DNA from: an uncultured Acidobacteriota bacterium | GTDB lineage: Bacteria > Acidobacteriota > Thermoanaerobaculia > Thermoanaerobaculales > Thermoanaerobaculaceae | Assembly (NCBI GenBank): GCA_963747245.1 | Contig: CAVVEO010000004.1 | Location: 17,876-81,875, forward strand | Length of the DNA stretch: 64,000 nt | Direction of reading: 5' to 3' | Shown: positions 1 through 12,306 of the stretch, one piece after another | Layout: every line of letters begins with the position of its first letter | Numbering within the stretch: the first letter of the stretch is position 1 | The notes under the pieces: generated by a model | The model's database searches: none | Told to the model about the DNA's origin: nothing | What the model saw: the letters and a program-made list of their open reading frames with translations, nothing else | Program-made: the position numbers and the translations under genes

Positions 1-173
1 TCGCCGCCGCATTCGCCTGGCTCACGCTCGGCGAGCGCTGGACGCCCGGCCAGTTCGTCGGCGCCGCCGCGGTTCTCTCCGGCATCGCCCTGACGCGCCT
101 CCGCCCGGCGGCTTCTGCCGCCGCGACGCACCCGGGGTCGAGCGCCGAATCGCGCCCGCCCGGCGTGGTCTGA
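1..173 (+). CDS. 3' end of a DMT/EamA-family transporter gene (partial, enters from window edge)
   Basis: Frame 3 is open from the window edge to TGA at 171-173. Translation ..AAAFAWLTLGERWTPGQFVGAAAVLSGIALTRLRP.. resembles the last TM helix of EamA domains. Absent from the ORF track because no start codon lies in the window. Confidence 0.5.
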   Translation, partial: AAAFAWLTLGERWTPGQFVGAAAVLSGIALTRLRPAASAAATHPGSSAESRPPGVV

Positions 174-308
174 GCGGGTCCGCCGACGCGTTCCGGGCCG
201 CTCCGAGCGCGGCGGGGGTTCACCGCGCCTTCACGCCGCCCTCTCGTCGTCCTCACGGCGGCCCCGTACAAAGTCCCGACGGGGCGCCGCCCCCTAGAAG
301 GAGGAGAG

Positions 309-1706
309 ATGACGATGCCAGCCCAGGGTGTCAACGAGAAGCGCAGCACCACGCTCTGGCGCGTAGCCGCGGGCTTCCTCGCCGCGCTGCTGCTCGCCGG
401 GGCCGCCGCCGCCCAGGTTACGGGCCTCTACTACCAGGAGATCCGGAAAGACGGCACGATCTACGTCTTCAACACCTACGAGCGCTACAAGGCGTTCCAG
501 GAGACGGGCGAGATGGGCAAGTCGGCGATCACGCTGACCGGGCGCGGGCCGAACGGCGAGACGCTCATCGGAGAGAACGCGACCGCGATCGACCTGTTCC
601 TGTTCAAGAACAACCTGCCGGGGTACGACCGGCCCACGCCCAAGCCGGCACCGCCGTCGGCGCTCAAAGGCCTGCACGTTGGCGGCACGTTCTACATGTC
701 GTTTCAGAACGGGACGGCCTACGCCGGCACGCCCGGCCAGACGACCTCGTACAGCAAGTTCGTCCTCAAGCGCGGCTACCTCGACGTGACCGACGACATC
801 ACCCCCTGGTTCACCGGCCGCATCACCACCGACATCTACCAGAACACCGCCGGCGACTACCAGCCCAGGATCAAGTACCTGTACGGGAGCTTCCACTGGC
901 AGGGCAACGACTTCTTCTCCCAGCCCTACGTCAACTTCGGCCAGGTGGTCATCCCGTGGCTCGACTGGGACGAGGCCGTGAACCGCTACCGCATGCAGGA
1001 CGAGATGTTCCTCGAGCGCAACGGCATCCTCAACAGCGCCGACGACGGCATCCTGGTGGGGTCGAACTTCGGCGGCCTGATGTCCGAGGAGTACCGCAAG
1101 AACGTGGATGGCGCCTACGCGGGCCGGTACGGCTCCTGGCAGTTCGGCATCTACAACGGCAACGGCTACCACGCGGCGGAGAAGAACCAGAACAAGGCCC
1201 TGGAGGCGCGCATCTCGCTCCGCCCGTTCCCCGACGCGGTCCCGGGACTCCAGTTCACGGTCTTCGGCGTCAACGGCAAGGGCAACGTGGCCAGCGTCCC
1301 CGGCAAGAGCCTGCCCGACTGGACCGTGTTCGACGGCATGGTGTCGTACGAGAACGCCCTCTTCACGGGCCAGGCCGAGTACTTCTCCGGCAAGGGGAAT
1401 CAGGGAGGCACGGTCCTCAACGCCGACGGGTCGGCGCGCAATCAGAAGGGCTACTCCCTGTTCGCGAACGTCCGTCTCGGCGAGGGCGCCAGGTGGGGCG
1501 TCATCGGCCGCTACGATCGCTTCGACCCCAACCCCGACGGGGTCGCGAGCGGGGTGGACGACGTGACGAAGATGTCCATCGTCGGCCTCTCCTACGCCTT
1601 CAGCGGTCCGAACGTGTGCCTGCTCGACTACCAGGTGAAGAAGCACACCGACCCCAACATCCCCGACGAGAAGCGCGTGCAGCTCACGTTCCAGGTCAAG
1701 TTCTAG
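309..1706 (+). CDS. Outer-membrane beta-barrel porin (OprO/OprP-like by eye)
   Basis: 465-aa ORF with SD GAAGGAGGAG just upstream. Has a signal peptide (..LLLAGAAAAQ), a Gly/Tyr/Asn-rich alternating strand pattern, and a C-terminal ..QLTFQVKF aromatic terminus typical of OM barrels. Confidence 0.8.
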   Translation: MTMPAQGVNEKRSTTLWRVAAGFLAALLLAGAAAAQVTGLYYQEIRKDGTIYVFNTYERYKAFQETGEMGKSAITLTGRGPNGETLIGENATAIDLFLFKNNLPGYDRPTPKPAPPSALKGLHVGGTFYMSFQNGTAYAGTPGQTTSYSKFVLKRGYLDVTDDITPWFTGRITTDIYQNTAGDYQPRIKYLYGSFHWQGNDFFSQPYVNFGQVVIPWLDWDEAVNRYRMQDEMFLERNGILNSADDGILVGSNFGGLMSEEYRKNVDGAYAGRYGSWQFGIYNGNGYHAAEKNQNKALEARISLRPFPDAVPGLQFTVFGVNGKGNVASVPGKSLPDWTVFDGMVSYENALFTGQAEYFSGKGNQGGTVLNADGSARNQKGYSLFANVRLGEGARWGVIGRYDRFDPNPDGVASGVDDVTKMSIVGLSYAFSGPNVCLLDYQVKKHTDPNIPDEKRVQLTFQVKF

Positions 1707-1753
1707 CTGGCCCCGCCCAGGGGGGAAGAGCCGGGGCGGGAACCGTGTTGCAC

Positions 1754-1777
1754 GGGATGGAGGGCAACCTCCATCCC
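1754..1777 (+). terminator. Perfect 10-bp GC-rich hairpin with GCAA loop downstream of the porin gene (possible terminator or RNA stabiliser; no U-tract)
   Basis: GGGATGGAGG-GCAA-CCTCCATCCC read directly from the sequence, 48 nt after the porin stop. Confidence 0.3.
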
Positions 1778-1887
1778 GCCTCTGGCGGGATTGGGGCCGC
1801 TGACTGGGGGGGAGGCGGCCCCTCTTTCTTTCTCCGCGCGCCCCGCGCCCTCCCCCGGCGGTACGATGGCGCCATGCGGAGGCCGGC

Positions 1888-3312
1888 ATGAGAGAACTCG
1901 GGCTGTTCGTCGCGGGCGCCTGGCAGCAGGGGGACGGTGCCATCACCGTTCGCTCGCCCTACGACGGGCGTGAGGTCGCCCGCGTAGCGCGGGCCGGCCG
2001 CGCGCACCTTGAGGCCGCCATCGAGGCCGCCGCCGCGGCCCGGCCTGCGGTGGCGGCGCTGCCCCCGCATCAGCGGGCGGCGATCCTGGAGAGGGCCGCG
2101 ACAGAGGTTTCGCGCCGCCGCGATGAGCTGGCCCAGACGATCGTCGAGGAGGCGGGGAAGCCGGTCGCCCTCGCGCGAGCCGAAGCGGAACGCTGCGCCG
2201 AGACGCTTGCCGACTCGGCCAGGGTCGCCCACACCCCGCACGGCGAGCTGATCGACCTCGGCGGGTTCGCGTCGGGCAGTGGGCGCACCGCGCTGCTGCG
2301 CCGGTTCCCGGTTGGCGTCGTCGTCGGGATCACGCCGTTCAACTTCCCCCTCAACCTGGTGGCTCACAAGCTCGGCCCCGCGGTGGCGGCCGGCTGCCCG
2401 ATCGTTCTCAAGCCGGCCTCGCAGACGCCGTCTTCGGCGCTGCTGCTCGCCGGGATCCTCCAGGAATCCGGGCTGCCGGCGGGGGGGGTTAACGTGGTGC
2501 CGTGCGGCGGGGCCCAGGCCGCGGCCCTTCTCGACGACCCGCGGGTGCGCCTGGTGACGTTCACCGGCTCGGCAGCCGTCGGGTGGGGCCTCAAGCGGAA
2601 GCTCTGGGACCGCAAGGTCGCGCTCGAGTTGGGCGGCAACGCGGCGGTGATCGTGGAGCCCGACGCCGGCGACCTCGAGGCCGTCGCGAAGCGGATCGCG
2701 GGTGGCGCGTACGCGTACGCCGGCCAGTCGTGCATCTCCGTCCAGCGTGTCCTCGTCCACGAGGCCGTGGCGGCCGATTTCCGCGACGCCCTGGCGGCGG
2801 CCACGGCCGCGTTCCCGGCCGGCGACCCGGCCGCCCCCGAAACCCTCTGCGGCCCGATGATCACCCCCGGCGACGCCGACCGCATCGAGGCCTGGATCTC
2901 CGATGCGGAGGGCCGCGGGGCTCGTTGCGTGACACCGCGGCGGCGCGAAGGTTCGGTCGTGTTTCCCGTCGCGCTCGACCGCGTGACGTCCGATGCCGCG
3001 CTCTGGTCCGACGAGGCGTTTGCGCCCATCGCCGCGCTGCGCACCTATCACGACTTCGGCGAGGCGCTCGCGATCGCCAACGACTCGCGGTTCGGATTGC
3101 AGGCCGGCGTGTTCACCCGCGACATCGAGAAGATCCAGCGGGCGTTCGCCGCGCTCGAGGTCGGCGCCGTGATCCAGGGCGACATGCCTTCCTGGCGCTC
3201 CGACCCGATGCCGTACGGCGGCGTCAAGGAGTCCGGCGTCGGGCGCGAGGGCCCCCGCTTCGCCGTCGAGGAGATGACCGAGCCCCGCCTCCTCGTGCTC
3301 CGCACCGGCTGA
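1888..3312 (+). CDS. NAD(P)+-dependent aldehyde dehydrogenase
   Basis: 474 aa with ALDH hallmarks: FNFPLNL, KPASQTP, ELGGNA (catalytic Glu), GQSCIS (catalytic Cys), PYGGVKESG. Confidence 0.93.
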   Translation: MRELGLFVAGAWQQGDGAITVRSPYDGREVARVARAGRAHLEAAIEAAAAARPAVAALPPHQRAAILERAATEVSRRRDELAQTIVEEAGKPVALARAEAERCAETLADSARVAHTPHGELIDLGGFASGSGRTALLRRFPVGVVVGITPFNFPLNLVAHKLGPAVAAGCPIVLKPASQTPSSALLLAGILQESGLPAGGVNVVPCGGAQAAALLDDPRVRLVTFTGSAAVGWGLKRKLWDRKVALELGGNAAVIVEPDAGDLEAVAKRIAGGAYAYAGQSCISVQRVLVHEAVAADFRDALAAATAAFPAGDPAAPETLCGPMITPGDADRIEAWISDAEGRGARCVTPRRREGSVVFPVALDRVTSDAALWSDEAFAPIAALRTYHDFGEALAIANDSRFGLQAGVFTRDIEKIQRAFAALEVGAVIQGDMPSWRSDPMPYGGVKESGVGREGPRFAVEEMTEPRLLVLRTG

Positions 3313-3454
3313 TCCGCGTGCCGCCGCCGGAGAGGGAGGGGTCCGGGAACCGGGCACCGGAGAGACGCGGTCCGTGGTCCGAACCGGCTGCGCCGGCCGC
3401 AGGCCGCGCGGCCCCGAGCGCCTCCCTCGAAGACGGACTCTCCGCGAACCGGAT

Positions 3455-3536
3455 GTAGGGGCGGGCCTGTCCCCGCCCGTGAGGGCAGCGCCCGTGTCTC
3501 CCGCCACCCGCGGGCGGCCGCAAGGGCCGCCCCTAC
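3455..3536. repeat. REP-like nested GC-rich palindromic element in a 443-bp convergent intergenic region
   Basis: Outer arms GTAGGGGCGG (3455-3464) and CCGCCCCTAC (3527-3536) enclose two internal hairpins (GGGCGG..CCGCCC and GGCGGCC-GCAAG-GGCCGCC). It resembles widespread intergenic palindromic repeats. Only one copy occurs in this window. Confidence 0.4.
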
Positions 3537-3755
3537 GTTGAGGAGCAACGACAGCGCGCCCGGGGGGCGCGCCCCACACTAGGAACAACCACGCCGAGCG
3601 CAGGGCGCCGCAGCTTGGGGCGTCCAGCCGCGCCGCCGAGAGTGGGCCGGATGCAAGGCGCCCGAGGCGGACGCGGCGGAGCGTAGCCGGAGGCTACGTG
3701 AGCACGCGAGCCGCCGAAGGGCAACGCAGCAGACGGTCCGCTGTCGGCGGCGCAC

Positions 3756-4466
3756 CTACCGGAGCCAGCCGGCCAGCGATTGCGCGAGGGTCAGCGCCGC
3801 CACCGCCGCGGTCTCGGCGCGCAGAATGCGCGGGCCGAGCGGCAGCCCGGCGAACCTCGCGGCCCGGATCGCCGCCAGCTCCTCGTCGGTCAGGCCGCCC
3901 TCCGGCCCGACGAGCACCGTGATGCCGTCGGCGGAGACTCGGAGCGAGCCCGGCGCCGGCGCGCCGGGCTCGGCGACGAGGCGGACGCCGCGAGCGCCGG
4001 CGAGGAAGTCGGCAAGGGACCGAGGTTCGGCCACCGCCGGCGGCCGGCTGCGCCCGCACTGGGCGACCGCGGCGTCGGCGAGGCGCTGCCAGCGCTCGAC
4101 TCGCGCGGCGTGCCGCCCGCCTTGCACCCGCGCCGCGAGAACTGGCACAACCTCGGTAGCGCCCAGCTCGGTCGCCTTCTCGACCGCCCAGTCGAACGCC
4201 TGCGTGTGCAGCGCGGCGAGGCCGAGGACGAGCGGGGCGGGCGGCTCGCCGCGCCCCCGTTCGACCCGCTCGACTTCGACCACGCACGCCGTGCCGTCCC
4301 ACCGCGCCAGCACCCCGATCCCGACGATGCCGGCGAGATCCAGCACCTCGACCGGGTCGCCTGCCACGACCCGCGCCACGCGGGCGTGGTGCGCCGCCTC
4401 CGCCGGTATGAGGACCTCGCCCATGGCGAGCACCGCACCTGGCAGCACGAGACGGGTGACGCTCAT
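3756..4466 (-). CDS. rsmE: 16S rRNA (uracil1498-N3)-methyltransferase RsmE
   Basis: ORF 3756..4550 trimmed to the internal ATG (MSVTRLVLPG..), which overlaps the prmA stop as ATGA. SPOUT-type C-terminus (LVGPEGGLTDEEL, RILRAETAAVAAL). Sits where the rsmE homologue sits in the Bacillus dnaK operon. Confidence 0.85.
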   Translation of the reverse strand: MSVTRLVLPGAVLAMGEVLIPAEAAHHARVARVVAGDPVEVLDLAGIVGIGVLARWDGTACVVEVERVERGRGEPPAPLVLGLAALHTQAFDWAVEKATELGATEVVPVLAARVQGGRHAARVERWQRLADAAVAQCGRSRPPAVAEPRSLADFLAGARGVRLVAEPGAPAPGSLRVSADGITVLVGPEGGLTDEELAAIRAARFAGLPLGPRILRAETAAVAALTLAQSLAGWLR

Positions 4467-5338
4467 CGGATGGCCGCGGGATCGGGGAGGTCCTTCCGGA
4501 CCCCGGACCCCGAACCCCGGGCCCCGGCCGTACACACCAGCCCGGCCCACTCCTCGAGCTCACGGGCGCGGTCGACCGCGAAGCCGCAGCGCGCCAGCTC
4601 CTCCTCGCTCGCCGCGAGCTGGTCGGCCATCAGCCCCGAGAGCACCAGCACCCCGCCCGGCGCCAGCAGCGACCGCAGGTCGGCGAGCAACGGCTGCGCC
4701 TCGACCGGGATGAGGTTGGCGAGAATGACGTCGAACGCCGGCCGCCGCGCGAGCGCCGCAGTCGAACCTGCGAACAGCGCGACCGGCAGCCGCTGCGGCT
4801 GCACGGCGACGGTCTGGTGCGCGATGCACACCGCCTCGAAGTCGATGTCGAACCCCACGACTTCGGTCGCGCCGAGCGCGCGCGCGGCAAGCGCGAGGAT
4901 CCCCGAGCCGGTCCCGACGTCGAGGACGCGGCGGCCCGCGAGCGGCAACTCCTCCATCATCAGGAGGACGAGCCTGGTGGACTCGTGCGACCCGCTGCCG
5001 AAAGCCTGGCGGGGCTCGACGACGAGGTGCAGACGCCCCGCGGGCGGGGGCGTCGGGACCTCCGGGTGCGGGTCCACCCAGAACAACGTTCCGATCGGGC
5101 GCGGGACCGCGTGGCGCCTGTACTCGGCGAGCCAATCCTGCTCCGCGAAGCGGCCGGCGCCGATCTCCCGGCCCCCCATCGCCGCGAGTCCCTCGCGGAC
5201 GGACGCGAGCGCACCCGCCTCGGCCTCCTCGATGAACACGGTCACGGTGATGTCGGCGCCGGCGTTTTCGACCTGACAGCCCAGCACCGGCCAGCGTTCC
5301 AGGGCGCTCGAGAGATCCGACTCAGCGCCGGCGGGCAT
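4463..5338 (-). CDS. prmA: Ribosomal protein L11 methyltransferase PrmA
   Basis: Last 291 codons of ORF 4463..6031; the upstream part of that ORF is a shadow frame over dnaJ. Motifs: FGSGSHESTRL, SAM-binding VLDVGTGSGILA, GFDIDFEAV. Confidence 0.88.
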   Translation of the reverse strand: MPAGAESDLSSALERWPVLGCQVENAGADITVTVFIEEAEAGALASVREGLAAMGGREIGAGRFAEQDWLAEYRRHAVPRPIGTLFWVDPHPEVPTPPPAGRLHLVVEPRQAFGSGSHESTRLVLLMMEELPLAGRRVLDVGTGSGILALAARALGATEVVGFDIDFEAVCIAHQTVAVQPQRLPVALFAGSTAALARRPAFDVILANLIPVEAQPLLADLRSLLAPGGVLVLSGLMADQLAASEEELARCGFAVDRARELEEWAGLVCTAGARGSGSGVRKDLPDPAAIR

Positions 5339-5367
5339 GCGGCAGGTGACGGTCAGGTAGCTCGCGC

Positions 5368-8322
<2,955 letters not shown>

Positions 8323-8330
<8 letters not shown>

Positions 8331-8940
8331 TGGTCCCCTCGGAACTCTGCCCCGCGTCGGCCTGCCGGGTCGAGCCGGCGGGCACCGCCACGATCACCAG
8401 CGCGGGACGGATCAACCGCTCACCCAGAAGGTAACCCTTCTGCAGCACCTGGACGACAGTCGGCTCCTGGACTCGAGAGTCCTCGTTGCGTGAAATCGCC
8501 TCGTGCAGCGTCGGGTCGAACGGCCGACCGATCGGGTCGACCTCTGCGAGCCCGTTGCGGCCCAGCACGTCCTTGAACTGCCGCAGCACCAGCTCGACGC
8601 CCTCACGCAGGCCGCCGGCAGCCCCCCCCGGGACCGCGAGCGCACGTTCGAGGTTGTCGAGTACCGGCAGGCAATCGCGGAGCAACTCGCCGTTCGCGAA
8701 CCGCCGGAACTCGCCCATCTCGCGCTCCTGCCGCTTGCGGTAGTTGTCGAAGTCCGCGAGCTTGCGCAGGTAGAGCTCGCGGAACCGCGCGATCTCCTGC
8801 TGCAGGTTGGTCAGCTCCTCCTGGAGCGCGTCCTTGTCGGGCGGAGACGATTCCTCGGTCTGTCGCCCGTCTCCCCCCGCGGGCTCGATGCCGGTCTCGG
8901 CCTCTTCCTCCGGCGCCTGGCGCCGTTCCTCGTCGCTCAT
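8323..8940 (-). CDS. grpE: Nucleotide exchange factor GrpE
   Basis: 205 aa with an acidic N-terminus, a coiled coil (FDNYRKRQERE) and a C-terminal beta domain (FDPTLHEAI..VLQKGY). Confidence 0.95.
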
Positions 8941-9986
8941 CCAACTCCTCCCGGCTCGCTACCGGACCCAGTGAGATACTGACCAATATAGTCCACGATC
9001 GGTATGATCCTGTGGTAGTCCATGCGTTTGAGACCGACCACTCCGATCAACCCCTGCTCCCCGCTCCTGCGCTGGAACGACGACACGATCAGCCCGAGGT
9101 CGCCCCCGCCGACCAGCGTGAACTCGGAGCCGAGCAGCACCAGCGGCCCGGAGGCCTCGAGGAAGTCGTTGAGGAGCGTCAGTAGAGCCGCCTTGTCGGC
9201 GAGGGCGCCCAGCAACCTCCGCACGGCCTCGAGCTGACCCGGCCCAGCGCGCTCCAGCAGGCGTCCCGCGCCCTCGACGAAGACCTCGCCAGCGGGCGCA
9301 GCCTGGGTCTCGACCGCGCGCCGGGCGAGGGCGACGACACCCGTCAGCAGCTGGTCCGCCTGGGCTCGCTCCTCGACGACGAGGGCGAGAAGGCGGTTTC
9401 GGATCTCCTGCAGCGACAGCCCTTCGAACGTCTCGGTGCAGTAGTTGGAGATCCGCTCGAGTTCGGGCGGCAGGAAGTCGCGATCGACCGTGAGCAGCCT
9501 GGAGTCGACGAGCCCTCCCCCCGTCACGACCACGGTGAGGACCCGCTGCAGCGCCACGCGGACGAAGTGGATCGACTGCACCGTGGCCTGCTGCGAGGCC
9601 GGCGCCAGCGCCATGCCGACCTCGGTGGTGACGTCGGCGAGGACGCGGCTGGCCTGCGCCAGCACCTCCTCGAGCGAACCGGAGGGCGAGAGCATCGCCC
9701 GCAGGCGGCGCTCCTCGCGATGCGGGAGCGCGACGCGCTGCAGAAGCCCGTCGATGTACAGGCGAAAACCCCGGTCCGAGGGGATCCTGCCCGCCGAGGT
9801 GTGGGGCTGGAGGAGGAATCCATGCTCCTCCAGGTCGGACATCACGTTCCGCAGCGAGGCGGACGAGAGGCCGGTCCGCGAGGTCCGCGCCAGCGCGGCC
9901 GAAGCCACGGGTTCGCCGTCGGCGAGGTACAGCTCCACCACCTCGCACAGGATCTCCCGTTCGCGCTCGGTCATGATGTCTTTCAT
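8937..9986 (-). CDS. hrcA: Heat-inducible transcription repressor HrcA
   Basis: 349 aa with an N-terminal winged helix (LTEREREILCEVVELYL..GEPVAS..LSSASLRNVMSDLEE.G.L.QPHTSAGRIP). First gene of the hrcA-grpE-dnaK-dnaJ operon. Confidence 0.93.
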   Translation of the reverse strand: MKDIMTEREREILCEVVELYLADGEPVASAALARTSRTGLSSASLRNVMSDLEEHGFLLQPHTSAGRIPSDRGFRLYIDGLLQRVALPHREERRLRAMLSPSGSLEEVLAQASRVLADVTTEVGMALAPASQQATVQSIHFVRVALQRVLTVVVTGGGLVDSRLLTVDRDFLPPELERISNYCTETFEGLSLQEIRNRLLALVVEERAQADQLLTGVVALARRAVETQAAPAGEVFVEGAGRLLERAGPGQLEAVRRLLGALADKAALLTLLNDFLEASGPLVLLGSEFTLVGGGDLGLIVSSFQRRSGEQGLIGVVGLKRMDYHRIIPIVDYIGQYLTGSGSEPGGVG

Positions 9987-10029
9987 CGGCCTGTTCCCGC
10001 CCGCGCGAAGCCGCCCCGCGGGTTGCCAT

Positions 10030-10057
10030 ACTGTACCATGATCGTATGCTCTCTCAA
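10030..10057 (-). promoter_or_regulatory. Candidate sigma70-type promoter of the hrcA operon (TTGAGA-N16-TACAGT), lying inside the 5' end of the divergent gene
   Basis: The minus strand reads TTGAGA (10057-10052), a 16-nt spacer, then TACAGT (10035-10030), about 40 nt upstream of the hrcA ATG. A short inverted repeat CATAC-N12-GTATG (10027-10048) overlaps it. Confidence 0.3.
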
Positions 10058-10936
10058 TGGTTTCTCGTGGGCGCGGGCCGTTGCGGCGTGCAGCTGGCCC
10101 GGGCGATCGAGGCGTCGGGTCTCGGGGTGGCCGGGGTGGAGACGCGCACGCCGCGGGGCAGGGCGCGAGTGAGGCGGGCGCTGCCGGGCGTCCGCGCGTT
10201 CGGCCCCGACGACGCGCTGCCGCCCGTGCACGGGGTGCTCGTCGCCGTGCCCGACTCGGCGATCCCGGCGTGCGCCGAGCGGCTGGCGCCGCGGCTGCAC
10301 CCGGCCACGACCGTCGTGCTCCACACCTCCGGGCTGCTCGCGGCCGACGCTCTCGCGGCGGTCGCGCGGTCCGGACCGGCGACCGGGTCGTTCCACCCGA
10401 TGGTGAGCTTCCCCGCGGCCGCCGGGCCGCTCGTCCGCCTGGCGGGCGCCGTCGCGACGGTCGAAGGGAGCGCCGTTGCGGTGCGCGAGGCGCGCCGCCT
10501 CGCCGTTGCGCTCGGAATGCGGCCGGTGCGCCTCGCGGCAGCCGCCAAGCCCACGTACCACGCCGCCGCTGCGCTGGCCGCCAACCTCACCCACGTGCTC
10601 GTCGTGACCGCAATGGACCTCCTGACCCGGGTGGGGTTCTCTCGGCGCGGCGCCGCGGCGGCGCTGCGCCCCCTCGTCGCCGGCGCCGTGGAGGCTGCCC
10701 TCTCGGCGCGCGCCATGGAGAATCTGACGGGCCCGCTGGCGCGGGGGGACGGCGCCGCGGTGTTGGCCCACCTCGAGGCGCTGCCCGACGGGGCCGCTGC
10801 CGTCTATCGTGCCGTCGCGGCTCTTGCCGTCGCGGCGCTCGCCAACGAGCACCTGCTCAACGAAATGCGGATCGCCGACCTCAAACTCGCGTTGACCGGC
10901 CACGTCCGGTGTGGTAGGTTCCAGCCGATGACGTAG
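10046..10936 (+). CDS. Rossmann-like / DUF2520 domain protein
   Basis: 296 aa with an N-terminal dinucleotide-binding-like motif (FLVGAGRCGVQLA) and a C-terminal helical region (KPTYHAAAALAANL..GPLARGD) typical of DUF2520 proteins. Confidence 0.7.
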   Translation: MLSQWFLVGAGRCGVQLARAIEASGLGVAGVETRTPRGRARVRRALPGVRAFGPDDALPPVHGVLVAVPDSAIPACAERLAPRLHPATTVVLHTSGLLAADALAAVARSGPATGSFHPMVSFPAAAGPLVRLAGAVATVEGSAVAVREARRLAVALGMRPVRLAAAAKPTYHAAAALAANLTHVLVVTAMDLLTRVGFSRRGAAAALRPLVAGAVEAALSARAMENLTGPLARGDGAAVLAHLEALPDGAAAVYRAVAALAVAALANEHLLNEMRIADLKLALTGHVRCGRFQPMT

Positions 10937-10953
10937 TCTGGGGGCGTGCAGCA

Positions 10954-12306
10954 ATGGTCTTCTTCAACTGGGCCACAATGCAGATGGCGGCCAAGATCGT
11001 GTACTACGGTCCCGGTCTGTGCGGGAAGACTACCAACCTCTCGTTCATCTACGCCAAGACGGCGCCCGGCTCCCGCGGGGAGATGGTCTCGCTCGAGACC
11101 GAAACCGACCGGACCCTGTTCTTCGACCTCCTTCCGATCGAGGTCGGAAAGGTCGGCGGCTTTCGCACCCGCCTCCAGCTCTACACCGTGCCCGGCCAGG
11201 TCTTCTACAACACGACCCGCAAGCTCGTGCTCAAGGGCGTCGACGGGATGGTTTTCGTGGCGGACTCGCAACGACCGATGGCCGACGCCAACCTCGAGAG
11301 CCTCCAGAACCTCACCGAGAACCTCCTCGAGCTGGGCCTGGCCATCGACACCCTTCCCATTGTCCTGCAATACAACAAGCGCGACCTGAAGAATGTCCTC
11401 GCCCTCGACGAGCTCAACGGCCGGCTCAACCCTGACGGCCGATGGGATTACTTCGAGTCGGTGGCGACCGACGGCACCGGCGTCTTCGAGACCCTGAAGG
11501 CGATCACCAAGCTCACCTTGCGGTCGCTGCGGCGCCGGATGACCACGCACGACGCCACTGGCTCTCCCCTGGCCGCCTCGACTGCATCCGCCCCCTCCGG
11601 CGCCCCGTCGCGGCATCAGGTCGCGTTCAGCCCCGCGGCGCTCGCGGCGGCCGCGGCCGAGGGCCTCGGGACGCTGGCCACCGCCACGCCGGCAACCGAA
11701 CCTGACGCAGAGGAGACGCCCCTCCCGGAGGCGCAAGCGGTCGAGGCGGCGGATGCCCAGCCAGCGGCGGCCGCGGCCGAAGAAGCCGCAGTGTCCGCCG
11801 GGGTTGAGACGTCGGACGCCGAGGCCGCGACGGCGAGCCCGGAGGACACCACGGCCGAGTTCCCGGCCGCCGAGGAGGTCGAGGAGGCCGAAGAGGCGGG
11901 GGTCGAGTTCGCCACCACGCCCGAGGCGGAGCCCGAGGCGGTGGAGACCGAGATGCGCCACGTCAAGGTCTCGTCGTCGCTCGACATCCTTGCCGAACTC
12001 GAGACGCTGCGCAAGTCGAGCACGTACAGACCGGAACCGAGGCCGTCACGGGAAAGCGCGCCGGCGTTCGATCTCGACGCCCTGCTCCAGGGTTCGCTCA
12101 ACTCCCGGCAGGAGGTCAAACGGCGCATCGACGAACAGGTCGGAAGCGCTCTCGGCGAGGCTCACCGCTGCCTGGTCAGCATCCAGCTCGTGGACGGAGA
12201 CGGCCGGGTCGTGAAGGACATGTCGCCTCTGGAGGTCGAGCTCAAGCGCGGCGGCCAGATCCGCCATCTGGCCTTGACACTCCTCGTGAACCTGCAGGGC
12301 GAATGA
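10954..12306 (+). CDS. MglA-like Ras-superfamily GTPase with long C-terminal extension
   Basis: Residues 1-195 track Myxococcus MglA almost position for position (KIVYYGPGLCGKTTN, ETDRTLFFD, YTVPGQVFY, GVDG.VFVADSQ, QYNKRDL). An Ala/Glu/Pro/Thr-rich linker of about 140 aa and a C-terminal region of about 115 aa follow. Confidence 0.9.
   Translation: MVFFNWATMQMAAKIVYYGPGLCGKTTNLSFIYAKTAPGSRGEMVSLETETDRTLFFDLLPIEVGKVGGFRTRLQLYTVPGQVFYNTTRKLVLKGVDGMVFVADSQRPMADANLESLQNLTENLLELGLAIDTLPIVLQYNKRDLKNVLALDELNGRLNPDGRWDYFESVATDGTGVFETLKAITKLTLRSLRRRMTTHDATGSPLAASTASAPSGAPSRHQVAFSPAALAAAAAEGLGTLATATPATEPDAEETPLPEAQAVEAADAQPAAAAAEEAAVSAGVETSDAEAATASPEDTTAEFPAAEEVEEAEEAGVEFATTPEAEPEAVETEMRHVKVSSSLDILAELETLRKSSTYRPEPRPSRESAPAFDLDALLQGSLNSRQEVKRRIDEQVGSALGEAHRCLVSIQLVDGDGRVVKDMSPLEVELKRGGQIRHLALTLLVNLQGE

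Noticed and set aside
294-3588. ORFs 294..1946 (-), 956..1891 (+) and 1696..3588 (-). The same kind of long alternative-frame ORFs recurs elsewhere: 15175..17445, 17397..19700, 19910..21454, 38114..40186, 50845..54078, 56082..58367, 59411..61564.
   Set aside because: All lie over or antisense to genes with strong family signatures, and all have low-complexity Arg/Pro/Gly-rich translations. I treat them as frame artefacts, not genes.
9987-10045. CIRCE element upstream of hrcA.
   Set aside because: Nothing resembling TTAGCACTC-N9-GAGTGCTAA is present. Only a 5-bp inverted repeat (CATAC-N12-GTATG) occurs, which is too weak to call an HrcA operator.
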